This document shows, piece after piece, positions 19,967-20,000 of a stretch of DNA of 20,000 nucleotides. The stretch comes from Catajapyx aquilonaris. Lineage: Eukaryota. The position numbers were made by a program, and so were the translations under genes. The notes under the pieces were generated by a model. It saw nothing but the letters and a program-made list of their open reading frames with translations, did no database searches and was not told the DNA's origin. The stretch is taken from the NCBI GenBank assembly GCA_000934665.2, contig KZ538453.1:49137-69136 (forward strand), read 5' to 3'. Positions within the stretch are counted from its first letter, which is position 1. The number at the start of each line of letters is the position of its first letter.

Positions 19967-20000
19967 AATTATTCGGTCACCCCCCCCCCCCCCCCCCCCC

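Noticed and set aside
19980..20000. Poly-C run at the window end
   Set aside because: Likely a homopolymer at a contig or gap edge, like the one at 3412; not interpretable.

Overview
Eukaryotic (probably arthropod; inference) genomic window with no prokaryotic-type system. It holds one complete spliced + strand gene for an NSD/Mes-4-family H3K36 methyltransferase. Seven coding exons (5345-7916, 8865-9697, 12336-12798, 13943-14307, 17095-17320, 17561-17730, 18129-18512) join through GT-AG sites with consistent phases into 5013 nt, or 1670 aa plus stop. Domain order is PWWP1, HMG-box-like, PHD1-4, PWWP2, AWS-SET-postSET, PHD5, C5HCH, acidic tail. A CCAAT/E2F-type GC-rich promoter and a probable non-coding first exon lie at about 320-818. 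The introns are packed with non-autonomous DNA transposons (Tc1/mariner-type foldback MITEs, TTAA-flanked elements, Harbinger-, pogo- and hAT-like elements), two tRNA-derived SINEs, a decayed mariner fragment and a ~215-bp tandem array. A frameshifted GNAT (glycine N-acyltransferase-like) sequence converges from the right end. The most notable observations are inverted MITE arms tightly bracketing the AWS/SET-N exon (a circRNA or exon-skipping architecture), a cryptic 12-aa repeat array in the NSD N-terminus, a His-to-Asp change in the C5HCH zinc finger, and a MITE split exactly by a 1.9-kb unclassified insert. Nothing here demonstrates a new biological system; these are testable hypotheses.
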